From Streptosporangiaceae bacterium (GTDB lineage: Bacteria; Actinomycetota; Actinomycetes; Streptosporangiales; Streptosporangiaceae), in NCBI GenBank assembly GCA_035946955.1, contig DASYYE010000531.1, forward strand, positions 1 to 30,064: 30,064 nt of DNA, read 5' to 3'. The position numbers and the translations under genes are program-made. Positions 1 through 8,258 of the stretch are shown piece by piece. Below the pieces are notes generated by a model. It ran no database searches. It worked only from the letters and a program-made list of their open reading frames with translations, and had not been told where the DNA came from. Position 1 is the first letter of the stretch. The number at the start of each line of letters is the position of its first letter.

Positions 1-580
1 CATGGCAGCCATGGATGTCGCCGATGATGTCGAACGGCCCCGCCAGGTCCGACTTGTCCGTCCAGGCGGGTTCGCGGACCACCTCAGCGGCCTCAATGTC
101 GTCAACCCCGCGCAGCACGAACACGCGGCGGAACCCCTCACGTTCCAGCCGCCCCATCGAGTGCCGCAGGGTGGCGGACTGGCGCTTGACCACCCTGGGG
201 CCGAAGTCACGGTCCGGCCGGGTGCTGTTGCGTGCGATGCACACCGCCTCGGGCACGTCCAGGACAACGGCCACCGGCAGGACGTGGTACTGCCGCGCGA
301 GCGCCACCAGCGGACGGCGCGCGTCCGCCTGCACACTGGTGGCGTCGACAACTGTCAGGTGGCCGAGCTTGAGCCGCTGTGCGGCCACGGCGTGCAGCGC
401 CTCGAACGCCTCTGCCGTGACGGTCTGGTCGTTCTCGTCGTCGCCGACCATCGCCCGGAAGGCGTCTGACGAGAGCACCTCGGTGGGCCGGAAGTGCCTG
501 GCCGCGAACGTCGACTTGCCGGACCCGGTGGTGCCCACCAGCACGACCAGGCTCAGGCTTGGAACCCTCACCGTGGTCAC
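1..580 (-). CDS. pnkp: Polynucleotide kinase-phosphatase Pnkp, N-terminal part. The kinase domain and the start of the metallophosphoesterase domain are present; the gene runs off the window's left edge.
   Basis: The reverse-strand translation reads VTTVRVPSLSLVVLVGTTGSGKSTFAARHF...DDENDQTVT...LTVVDATSVQ...GPFDIIGDIHGC. This carries a P-loop GTTGSGKST and a calcineurin-type GDIHG motif, and collinearity with my recollection of the Clostridium thermocellum Pnkp N-terminus is strong. The GTG start overlaps the Hen1 stop (GTGA). Confidence 0.8.
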   Translation of the reverse strand, partial: MTTVRVPSLSLVVLVGTTGSGKSTFAARHFRPTEVLSSDAFRAMVGDDENDQTVTAEAFEALHAVAAQRLKLGHLTVVDATSVQADARRPLVALARQYHVLPVAVVLDVPEAVCIARNSTRPDRDFGPRVVKRQSATLRHSMGRLEREGFRRVFVLRGVDDIEAAEVVREPAWTDKSDLAGPFDIIGDIHGCH

Positions 581-1974
581 GGGGTGCCGTCCCTGGTGAG
601 GACCGCCAGCTGGGTCGGGGGGCCGGTGTCGGGGTCTTCCGCCCCGACCGGCTGGAAGTGGACGGCATAGCCATAACCGGCGGCTACCTGCTGCGCCCAG
701 GCCTGGAACTCGGCCCGGCCCCACTCGAACCGGTGGTCCGGGTGACGTAGCGCGCCCGGGGTGAGCCCGGAGTAGCGCACGTTGAACTCGGCATTGGGCG
801 TGGTGACGACCACGGTCGCGGGAGCAGCGGCGCCGAACACCGCCTGCGCCAGGGACTCCAGCCGACCAGGGTCGATGTGCTCGACCACCTCCATCAGCAC
901 GGCCGCGTCATATCCGCGCAGCCGCCGGTCGGCATAGGTCAGCCCGCCCAGCAGCAGGCGCACCCGTTCCCGCTGCCGGGGCGCCATCTCGTCCAGACCC
1001 AGACGGCGGCCCGCCTGCTCCAGCGCGGCGGCCGAGGCGTCCACGCCCACGACCTCCCGGTACTGCGGGTCCGCCAGCAACGCGGCAATGAGACGGCCGT
1101 CCCCGCAACCCAGGTCGAGGACACGCCGCGCACCGGCCTCCTTGAGGGCGCTGGCCACAGCCGCCACCCGCAGGTCCCGGAGCCTGGCGTGTTCGGTGGC
1201 GGCAGTCCCGTCCAGCGCCCCGGTCTCAGCCTCGGTGGCGGCCGCGTCGCCGTCGAGCAGCCGCGAGATGGCCTCCTGGACGAGCCTGGGCTGGTGGCGC
1301 AGGGAACGGCGGATGATGGTCTCCCGCTCCGGGTGCCCGGCCAGCCAGGGCGCGGCCCGGTCCACGAGCTTGTCGATCTCGTCCCTGGTCACCCAGTAGT
1401 GCTTGGCTCCGTCCAGCACCGGCAACAGGACATACAGGTGGCCGAGCAGGTCAGCGAGCCGGCATTGATTGGTGAGCGTCACATCGAAGTACGGGCTCGG
1501 ACCCCACGCCGGGAACGCCGGGTCGAGCGGGACCGGCTGAGCGGTGACCGTGTACCCGAGGGGCTCGAACAGCCGGCGCAGCAGGTCCTCTCCGCCCCGG
1601 CACGGCAGGACCGGCACCCGGGCACTCAGCGCGAGGTCCTGCTGGGCCAGGGCTGGGCGCTCGCCACCGGCCGCGCGCATCGCCGTGCCGAACGCCCTGC
1701 GCAGCGCCACGCTGAGGAAGGACGAGGCCGCATAGGGCCGGTCGTTGACGTAGGCGGCCAGCGGGAACGCACCGCCCCGGCTGCGCCGGACCAGGGCGAC
1801 CGGGTCGACCTCACACAGCAGCGCCACGGTGCAGCGCTCGTCGCTGGCCTCCGGATAGAACACGTGCGCGAACCCGAAGCCCACCTCGATACTCCGTAGC
1901 GCCGCGGGGTTCTTGTGGAGCAGAAAACCGAAGTCTGCCGCGGGCGGCGTGGTGTTGGTGATCGTCAGCAGCAT
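577..1974 (-). CDS. hen1: Bacterial Hen1 3'-terminal RNA ribose 2'-O-methyltransferase, with an N-terminal Hen1-specific domain and a C-terminal class I SAM methyltransferase domain.
   Basis: A 465 aa ORF with a C-terminal SAM-binding segment VLDLGCGDGRL, and AVLMEVVEHID just downstream of it. It has a bacterial Hen1-like N-terminal domain and sits immediately upstream of, and coupled to, pnkp. Confidence 0.8.
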   Translation of the reverse strand: MLLTITNTTPPAADFGFLLHKNPAALRSIEVGFGFAHVFYPEASDERCTVALLCEVDPVALVRRSRGGAFPLAAYVNDRPYAASSFLSVALRRAFGTAMRAAGGERPALAQQDLALSARVPVLPCRGGEDLLRRLFEPLGYTVTAQPVPLDPAFPAWGPSPYFDVTLTNQCRLADLLGHLYVLLPVLDGAKHYWVTRDEIDKLVDRAAPWLAGHPERETIIRRSLRHQPRLVQEAISRLLDGDAAATEAETGALDGTAATEHARLRDLRVAAVASALKEAGARRVLDLGCGDGRLIAALLADPQYREVVGVDASAAALEQAGRRLGLDEMAPRQRERVRLLLGGLTYADRRLRGYDAAVLMEVVEHIDPGRLESLAQAVFGAAAPATVVVTTPNAEFNVRYSGLTPGALRHPDHRFEWGRAEFQAWAQQVAAGYGYAVHFQPVGAEDPDTGPPTQLAVLTRDGTP

Positions 1975-2001
1975 GGGTTCCCATAGTGGCTCTCATCGAC
2001 C

Positions 2002-2046
2002 ACCGCGGTGTTCTTTACTGCTATGTGCAGTAAAGAACACCGCGGT
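2002..2046. promoter_or_regulatory. Perfect 20-bp inverted repeat with a 5-nt spacer: ACCGCGGTGTTCTTTACTGC tatgt GCAGTAAAGAACACCGCGGT. It lies 28 bp upstream of the hen1 start and 40 bp downstream of the flotillin stop.
   Basis: Read directly from the sequence. Neither strand has a U-tract after the hairpin, so it is unlikely to be a classic intrinsic terminator. It is a candidate operator or structured RNA. Confidence 0.6.
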
Positions 2047-2085
2047 CATGAAGATCGGGTGGCGGGGGGTGAAGGTCACAGCCGC

Positions 2086-3375
2086 CTAGTGGCGGCCGTT
2101 GCCGTTTCCTTGTGGGGGGTCGGCTGGATCCGTCCGTGACGGCAGCTCCCGGCTGTCGCGTGACGCGGCGGCTGTGTTCCGCTTGAGCGTGTCCAGTACT
2201 GACATGCCCTGGCCGACGAGTTCGGCGACCATCTGGCCGACGCCGTCGGCGCCGTTGAAGATGGTGAGGTTCGACTCGGCGATCCCGCTGGCCGCCGCCG
2301 CGACCAGTGACGGCAGTGACTCCACGATCTTGCTGGCGGCGATGAGTTCCTGGTTGCCTTCCCGGAGCGAGTGGGCGCGTGCCGTGTTGGCGTACGCGTC
2401 CGCCTGTGCGGTCGCCTTTTCGGAGTAGGCGGTGGCGTCCGCCTTGGTCTTGGCGGCCTCCGCCTCGGCGGCCGCCAGCGTGGTCAGCCGGTACGCCTCA
2501 GCGTCGGCGTTGAACTTGGCCTGGTCGCGTTCGGCTTCCGCGATCGCCCGCGTACGGTACGCCTCGGCGTCGGCCGGGCGCCGGACCTCGGCTTCCAGGC
2601 GCTGGGCGGCCAGTTCGGCCTGCCGCTGGGCGAGTTCGGTCTGCTGCTCGACCACCTGCTGGGACGCCTTGGCCTCGGTCAGCGGACCAGCCTGCGCGGC
2701 CTCTGCCTTGGCCCGCTGGGTCTCGGCGAGGAACCCGGCGCGCTTGATCTCCAGGTCCCGGTCGTACTGTGCCTTGAGCGCGGCAGCCTCCTGCTCACGT
2801 TCGGCGGCTTCCTGGTCGGCCCTGGCGGCGGCGATCCGCGCCTGGCTCGCGACCGCGGCGGCATGCGGCGCGGCCAAGTGGTCGATGTAGCCGGAAGAGT
2901 CCTCGATCTCCTGGATCTCGAGTGCATCGACCACGATGCCGAGCTTCTCCATCTCGGCGTGGCTGCCCTCCTTGACCTCCTGGGCGACCCGGTCCCGCTC
3001 CCGGATGATCTGCTCGACGGTGAGCCCACCGACGATGGAACGCAGGTGACCGGCGAAGACCCGGCCGACGAGCTCCTCCATGCGGTTCTGCTCGGACAGG
3101 AAACGGCGCGCGGCATTGGCGATTGACACCTCGTCGTCGCCGACCTTGAACGCGGCCACCGCCCGCACGTTGAGCCGGATGCCCTGGTTGGTGATGCAGT
3201 CCTCGATGATCTCGGCTTCACGCAACGCCAGAGACAGGATGCGGGCTCGTTGCTTGACTGGCGTGACGAAACAGCCGTGCCCGGTAACGATACGGAACTG
3301 AGTACCTTCCCGGCGCCGTTTGGAGCCGGAGACAAGGAGCGCCTCATTCGGCGCTGGGACATGCCAGAAAAACAC
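2086..3375 (-). CDS. Flotillin-family SPFH (band 7) domain protein.
   Basis: A 429 aa ORF with an N-terminal SPFH domain followed by a long Ala/Glu/Gln-rich coiled-coil (EAAEREQEAAALKAQYDRDLE...), as in FloT/YuaG-type flotillins. Confidence 0.85.
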   Translation of the reverse strand: MFFWHVPAPNEALLVSGSKRRREGTQFRIVTGHGCFVTPVKQRARILSLALREAEIIEDCITNQGIRLNVRAVAAFKVGDDEVSIANAARRFLSEQNRMEELVGRVFAGHLRSIVGGLTVEQIIRERDRVAQEVKEGSHAEMEKLGIVVDALEIQEIEDSSGYIDHLAAPHAAAVASQARIAAARADQEAAEREQEAAALKAQYDRDLEIKRAGFLAETQRAKAEAAQAGPLTEAKASQQVVEQQTELAQRQAELAAQRLEAEVRRPADAEAYRTRAIAEAERDQAKFNADAEAYRLTTLAAAEAEAAKTKADATAYSEKATAQADAYANTARAHSLREGNQELIAASKIVESLPSLVAAAASGIAESNLTIFNGADGVGQMVAELVGQGMSVLDTLKRNTAAASRDSRELPSRTDPADPPQGNGNGRH

Positions 3376-3401
3376 GGTGGGGCTCCTGCCCTGCGGGGGC
3401 T

Positions 3402-3719
3402 CTAGGGGTTTGCCAGAGGGTTGTAGCTGAACGGTGTCACAAAGACAGAACGGGCCGATATGGCTTCCACGACCACGATGCGGGTGTGCTTGGCGATTGG
3501 CTGGTCAGACCAGGCTGCGAACGCCTCTGACCCACCCCGTACAGGCAGCAGGACCTCGCCCGGCCCGTGCTCGGGGATCGAGACCGTGACCCGCCCGACC
3601 GCACCGAGCAACTCTTCACCTGCACTAGGCGGCACGTAGGCCCGGCTTTCTTTCCAGGGTGACTCAGCTTTCGAATTCTGGCATATGTTCGCGGGCTCCC
3701 GTTCACGCCGCCAGCTCAA
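3402..3719 (-). CDS. Small NfeD-like (YuaF-like) beta-barrel domain protein lying upstream of the flotillin gene.
   Basis: The segment VTVSIPEHGPGEVLLPVRGGSEAFAAWSDQPIAKHTRIVVVE resembles the NfeD C-terminal OB-fold. It sits just 5' of a flotillin gene, the conserved pairing. There is no N-terminal transmembrane segment, so the start is uncertain. Confidence 0.4.
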   Translation of the reverse strand: MSWRREREPANICQNSKAESPWKESRAYVPPSAGEELLGAVGRVTVSIPEHGPGEVLLPVRGGSEAFAAWSDQPIAKHTRIVVVEAISARSVFVTPFSYNPLANP

Positions 3720-3992
3720 GGCTCCCAGCTGCCGGCACCAGGTCGAGGGCCGTCGGCCACCAGGAACGCGGCCTCGGCACGATGGGGCCCGGTGAAGACA
3801 GGGAGCCGAACCCAGCCAGCTCAGGCCCGTCCGGCCCTTCCGGCCGGATGAGCTCGGCCATCCCCCGGGCAGAGGGCAGCAACCGCGACCCGCCGCGTTC
3901 TCTTGCTGTTATCATCCCCACCCGCCGACGGCAGGCCCTGCGGAGGATGGCTTGACTCTGACACCGTGTGAGGCTGTCGAGTTGGAGGCGTC

Positions 3993-4814
3993 ATGTTCAC
4001 CATCGGAGACTTCGCCAGACATGGCCGGGTGTCGGTCCGCATGTTGCGTCATTACGACACGACCGGGCTGCTCCGCCCGGCCAGGGTCGACCCGGCCAGC
4101 GGTTACCGCTTCTATGAGGCCGCCCAGCTCGCCCGGCTCAACCGCATCATCGCGCTGAAAGACCTCGGCTTCACCCTCGAACAGGTGGGTGCCATGCTCG
4201 ACGAGAAGCTGAGTACTGAACAGCTACGGGGGATGCTACGGCTGCGCCAGGCCGAGCTGCAGGGCCACATAGCAGCCGACACGTCGCGGCTGGCACAGGT
4301 CGAGGTGAGGCTCCAGATCATCGAGATGGAGGGCGCCATGCCTACCGACGACATCCAGGTCAAGAAGATCCCAGCAGTGCGGGTAGCCGAGCTCAGTGCG
4401 ACCGCCGCCGCATTGGAGCCTTCATCCATCGGCCCGGTCATCCAGCCGCTGTACCGGGAACTGGGCGAACGGCTCGGCCGGGCAGGGCTGGCCCCCGCGG
4501 GCCCGGGGATCGCCTACTACGAGGAAGCACCCGACGGCGAGGGGGTGGTCGTCCACGCGACCATCCCGGTCAACGGCGAGGTCGGCGGCGGCCACGACTT
4601 CGAGGTGGTGGACCTGCCCGCGATCAGCCAGGCGGCCACGATCGTGCACCGCGGGTCCATGGACAACGTCCTGCCGACCATCCAGACGCTGGCCCAGTGG
4701 ATCGATGCCAATGGCTACCGCTCGTGCGGAATCCCCCGCGAGCTGTACCTGGAATGCCCGGAGGACCAGGACCAGTGGGTCACCGAACTGCAGAACCCGG
4801 TCACCCGGGGATGA
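3993..4814 (+). CDS. MerR-family transcriptional regulator with a C-terminal GyrI-like effector-binding domain.
   Basis: The N-terminus reads MFTIGDFARHGRVSVRMLRHYDTTGLLRPARVDPASGYRFY, a MerR HTH. The coiled-coil linker and C-terminal domain are typical of BmrR/TipA-like regulators. Confidence 0.85.
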   Translation: MFTIGDFARHGRVSVRMLRHYDTTGLLRPARVDPASGYRFYEAAQLARLNRIIALKDLGFTLEQVGAMLDEKLSTEQLRGMLRLRQAELQGHIAADTSRLAQVEVRLQIIEMEGAMPTDDIQVKKIPAVRVAELSATAAALEPSSIGPVIQPLYRELGERLGRAGLAPAGPGIAYYEEAPDGEGVVVHATIPVNGEVGGGHDFEVVDLPAISQAATIVHRGSMDNVLPTIQTLAQWIDANGYRSCGIPRELYLECPEDQDQWVTELQNPVTRG

Positions 4815-5487
4815 CCGGCGTGTCCGGCGGACCCACCTGGCTGGCGGTCCGTTCGGCGAGCTGGGTCACCACGACCACGGTGAAACCGGTGAAGAAGAAC
4901 GCCTCCAAGACGCCGCCCAACCGGGCCAGCAGGTACGACAGGCCAAACAAGGGGTAGGCGGCAGCCACGCCGGCGGTCAGTGCCCGGTATATCCGGGCGC
5001 TGGCCGTCCAGCCGGCGTGGGTCCGCAGCATCGCCCACAACAGCGCGAGCGTGATGGCTCCGAACTCGGCGATGCCCGCGACGGCGTGCACGTAGGTGTG
5101 CAGCGGCAGCCCGAAGGTCCACTCCAGGCGCCGGCAGGTCGCACTGACCTGGTCGGGGCATGTCTGCGGGAACAGCCCGCCGACTGACCCGGCCACGGCA
5201 AACACGGTCATGGCCAGCCATTCCCTGCGTCCCCCCGGGATGCTGCCCGCCCCCGCGGCCACGAAGGCCACCAGGAGCAGCATTCCGGCGACGGTGTCGG
5301 CGCGCTGCATAGCGAGGGCGAACGGCTGGCCCGTCACCTCGAGGTTGCTGAACAGTTCGTTGGGTGAGCGCATGAGGCCGGGCCGCAGTGGGACCAGCAG
5401 CCACCAGTTGTAGGCGAGCAGCCCCACGGTCGCCGCGGCCCACACCAGCCCCTGCCGGGTGAACAGGCATGCGGCCACCGACCGCAT
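4801..5487 (-). CDS. Integral membrane protein, DUF998-like.
   Basis: A 228 aa product from the internal ATG with five to six hydrophobic helices. It overlaps the MerR 3' end convergently by 14 bp. Confidence 0.45.
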   Translation of the reverse strand: MRSVAACLFTRQGLVWAAATVGLLAYNWWLLVPLRPGLMRSPNELFSNLEVTGQPFALAMQRADTVAGMLLLVAFVAAGAGSIPGGRREWLAMTVFAVAGSVGGLFPQTCPDQVSATCRRLEWTFGLPLHTYVHAVAGIAEFGAITLALLWAMLRTHAGWTASARIYRALTAGVAAAYPLFGLSYLLARLGGVLEAFFFTGFTVVVVTQLAERTASQVGPPDTPVIPG

Positions 5488-5556
5488 GCGCCGGGTCGGC
5501 GCTGCGGGACGTGCCTGGCCAAGGGCCACCGGGGTGGGTGCATCCATATCAATTCC

Positions 5557-5862
5557 ATGGTCACCAACATGGCCGGCCAGGCGCAACCGCGATCTTCACC
5601 GGCCGTCCTCACGCTCAAGCACGCCGGTGCCACCGCGGCCACGGTGGAGCTGTGTTACGACGGCGACGGGCTCAGTCTGGAGGTCACCGACGACGGCCGG
5701 GGCGCGCGGGGGGTGCCCGCCGCGTCAGCCACCCACGTGGGCGGCCACGGCATCATCGGCATGCGGGAAAGGGTGGCCATGACCGGCGGGAGCATCCACG
5801 TGGGCCCGCAACCGGCAGGCGGGTTCGCGGTGCGGGCCACCCTCCCCGTGGGCGGAGGGTGA
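5557..5862 (+). pseudogene. Truncated remnant of a NarL-class sensor histidine kinase; only the distal HATPase_c portion remains.
   Basis: LTLKHAGATAATVELCYDGDGLSLEVTDDGRG (G1 box) and GHGIIGMRERV (G2 box) are present. There is no H-box/HisKA_3 or transmembrane region upstream. The frame is open back to 5368 but that upstream translation is not kinase-like, and the opposite strand there encodes the DUF998 protein. Confidence 0.7.
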
Positions 5863-5869
5863 GCCGCGG

Positions 5870-6541
5870 GTGACCACTGACGTGCGGGTGCTGGTCGTGG
5901 ACGACCAGGTGCTGGTGCGGCGCGGGTTCCGGCTCATCCTCGAAGCGTCCGCGGGCGTGAGTGTGGTCGGCGAGGCATCCGACGGGGCAGCCGCCCTGGC
6001 CGCGGTGGAGCGGCTGGACCCGGACGTGGTGCTGATGGACATCCGCATGCCGGGCATGGACGGGCTGGCCGCCACCCGGCGGCTGGCCAGCCGCGGCCGG
6101 CTGCGGCCCAGGGCGCTGGTACTGACCACCTACGACCTCGACGAGTACGTCTACGAGGCGTTGCGGGCTGGTGCCAGCGGTTTCCTGCTCAAGGACATGC
6201 CCCCTGAGCAGCTGGCACCAGCCGTCCGGGTCGTGGCCGCCGGGGACTCACTGCTCGCCCCGTCGGTCACCCGGCGGCTCATCGAGGAGTTCGCCCGCCA
6301 CCCCGCCCGCGCGGCGGAATACGAAGCGCAGGTCAGTGCGCTCACCCCGCGAGAGTGTGACGTGCTGCGGATGCTCGCCCGTGGCCTGTCCAACACCGAG
6401 ATCGCGGCGCGCCTGCACGTCAGCGATACGACGGTCAAGACCCACTTGAGCAGCGTCTTCACCAAGCTCGCCCTGCGTGACCGGGTGCAGGCCGTGGTGT
6501 TCGCCTACGAGGCCGGGCTGGTCCACCCTGGCAGCGTCTGA
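5870..6541 (+). CDS. NarL/LuxR-family response regulator (REC domain plus LuxR HTH).
   Basis: VLVVDDQVLVRRGFRLILE with the phospho-acceptor region DVVLMDIRMPGMDG, and a C-terminal LTPRECDVLRMLARGLSNTEIAARLHVSDTTVKTHLSSVFTKL. The GTG start lies 8 bp after the kinase-remnant stop. Confidence 0.9.
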   Translation: MTTDVRVLVVDDQVLVRRGFRLILEASAGVSVVGEASDGAAALAAVERLDPDVVLMDIRMPGMDGLAATRRLASRGRLRPRALVLTTYDLDEYVYEALRAGASGFLLKDMPPEQLAPAVRVVAAGDSLLAPSVTRRLIEEFARHPARAAEYEAQVSALTPRECDVLRMLARGLSNTEIAARLHVSDTTVKTHLSSVFTKLALRDRVQAVVFAYEAGLVHPGSV

Positions 6542-7419
6542 GCACCGAGCCTGCCGTTGCCGCGCAGGACGGTCAGTGCCTCGATGGTGACGAAACCGCG
6601 CCAGTCGAGCGTGGCCGCTGGCGACCACTGGAGCCAGTTGAAGGTCCAGCCGCCGTCGCTGGCCTGCCCGGCGGCGAGCTTGTCGAGGTGGGCGGCGATG
6701 GTCTTGTCATCGAACAGCTGCCTGGCCAGGCAGCCCGGTGCGGGTGCGAAGGCCAGCGGTGAGTGCACCTCGCCGGGCTCGTCCGGGTCCAGCGCCACCA
6801 GCTTGCCATCGAGCAGCAGCGGACCCGCTGTGGCGAAGGCCCGCTCAGCACGTGCCCGGTCAGGCACACAGTCGAGGAACCGCATGACACCGAGCATCTC
6901 GTAAGCCCCCGGGCTGACCAGCTCATCGATGCGTGCCCACATCACCTCGGTTGCCCGGTCCAGCCACGGGTGCGCCACACCCCTGTGGTGCAGCGTCCCA
7001 GCGATCAGCCCGGTCGCGATCAGCGAGGCTGGCCTGCCTTCCTCTGGAACCCACCACGGCGCGTGCGGCCAGCCATCCACCGTGGCCTCCACGAACGTGG
7101 CGCCGCCGCCGGTTGCGGAGTTGAGCTGGAGCCAGTCGCAGGCGCCGCCGACGAGCACGCTGTCCCATTCGCCGGCCTCGTCCAGGATGCGCAGCGCCAG
7201 TTCGGCAGCGGCTGGCTGGCTGGCCGGGCACCGGCAGTCGGGCTCCATCCCATGCCCGAAACCACCATCGGGGTTGCGGTAGGCGGCCACCGCATCGCGG
7301 ACCGGCCCAGGGGCGCCGTCAGCGAACAGGCGCTCGAAGCGCCGCTTTTCGAGGACGCGCGCCGAACCGGCGAGGAACGCGGCTGCGCCGTCCAGGTCAG
7401 GAGTTGTCATGACCCCCAT
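6505..7419 (-). CDS. Hypothetical protein with prenyltransferase/squalene-cyclase-like repeats.
   Basis: A 304 aa ORF with two DGG[FW] repeat motifs (NPDGGFGHG, ASDGGWTFNWLQW), as in alpha-alpha toroid prenyltransferase repeats. Function not assignable. Confidence 0.45.
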   Translation of the reverse strand: MGVMTTPDLDGAAAFLAGSARVLEKRRFERLFADGAPGPVRDAVAAYRNPDGGFGHGMEPDCRCPASQPAAAELALRILDEAGEWDSVLVGGACDWLQLNSATGGGATFVEATVDGWPHAPWWVPEEGRPASLIATGLIAGTLHHRGVAHPWLDRATEVMWARIDELVSPGAYEMLGVMRFLDCVPDRARAERAFATAGPLLLDGKLVALDPDEPGEVHSPLAFAPAPGCLARQLFDDKTIAAHLDKLAAGQASDGGWTFNWLQWSPAATLDWRGFVTIEALTVLRGNGRLGAQTLPGWTSPAS

Positions 7420-7471
7420 CTGAGCAGGTGCGAAGGCGGGGTGTCTTGAAGGAATCGGCCATACTGGTCAG

Positions 7472-8227
7472 GTGGGCCCGATGCAGGCGGACCGCTGGGC
7501 ACCGGGGTACCGCGAGTGGCCAGCACCGGCCGGGACGCGCGGCGCCCTGGCCTGCCTGTGGGTCCGTGTCGTCCCGCCGGGTCCGCATGGGGTCTTCTCG
7601 GATGTGCTGCCGGACGGCTGCACCGACCTCATCTGGCAGCAGGGCCTCGGCGCGTTCGTGGCCGGGCCGGACACCGGTCCGGCGCCAGCCCTCACGCCAG
7701 CGGGCACCGTCCTGGCCGGGGTGAGGTTCCGGCCCGGCGCCGGGGGCGCGGCACTCGGAGTGCCACTCGCGGAACTGCGTGACCAGCGGGTCGACCTGGC
7801 CGACGTGGTGCCCTGGCTTTCCCGCGAACTGCCCGCCGACCTGACACCGGGCCACGCTATGGACCGCATTACGCGCGTGTGCGGGCAACTGGTCAGCGAG
7901 TGCCCGCCCGATCCTGTCGTGGTGGCGGCCACGGCCGCGCTGGCAACCGGCGAGGTGAGCGTGGCCAGCCTCGGTCAGGCCCTGGAGGTGAGCGAGCGGC
8001 ACCTGCGGCGCCGGTTCGACGCCGCGGTCGGCTACGGCCCGAAGACGCTGCAGCGGGTGCTGCGCTTCCGCCAAGTGCTCGCAGCGTTGTCCGCCCGGCC
8101 CACCAGCGACCTGGCGACCCTCGCCTACCAGGCAGGTTACGCCGACCAGGCCCATCTGACCCGGGAGACAACGCGGCTTGCGGGCCTGCCGCCCGCGGCG
8201 CTGGCCCGCAAGCTCACCAGCGGCTGA
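7472..8227 (+). CDS. AraC-family transcriptional regulator.
   Basis: The C-terminus carries an AraC HTH (VASLGQALEVSERHLRRRFDAAVGYGPKTLQRVLRFRQVL...AGYADQAHLTRE); the N-terminus is a DUF6597-type domain. Confidence 0.8.
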   Translation: MGPMQADRWAPGYREWPAPAGTRGALACLWVRVVPPGPHGVFSDVLPDGCTDLIWQQGLGAFVAGPDTGPAPALTPAGTVLAGVRFRPGAGGAALGVPLAELRDQRVDLADVVPWLSRELPADLTPGHAMDRITRVCGQLVSECPPDPVVVAATAALATGEVSVASLGQALEVSERHLRRRFDAAVGYGPKTLQRVLRFRQVLAALSARPTSDLATLAYQAGYADQAHLTRETTRLAGLPPAALARKLTSG

Positions 8228-8258
8228 GCCCGGGTCAGACAAGCCTGGGAAAGGGTAT

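Noticed and set aside
877-1899. 340 aa plus-strand ORF antisense to hen1
   Set aside because: Arg/Gly/Pro-rich low-complexity translation typical of an off-frame read of a high-GC gene. The Hen1 frame on the other strand has clear domain signatures.
1984-2093. TAGTGGC direct repeats flanking the 20-bp palindrome, suggesting a MITE-like insertion with target-site duplication
   Set aside because: The copies are asymmetrically placed relative to the dyad, and the right copy is simply the flotillin TAG stop context. There are no terminal inverted repeats at the putative element ends.
3948-3992. TTGACT -35-like hexamer and partial dyad (GACA...TGTC) upstream of the MerR gene as a MerR-type long-spacer promoter
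   Set aside because: No convincing -10 hexamer at 19-20 bp spacing and the dyad is weak. Left as an unconfirmed possibility.
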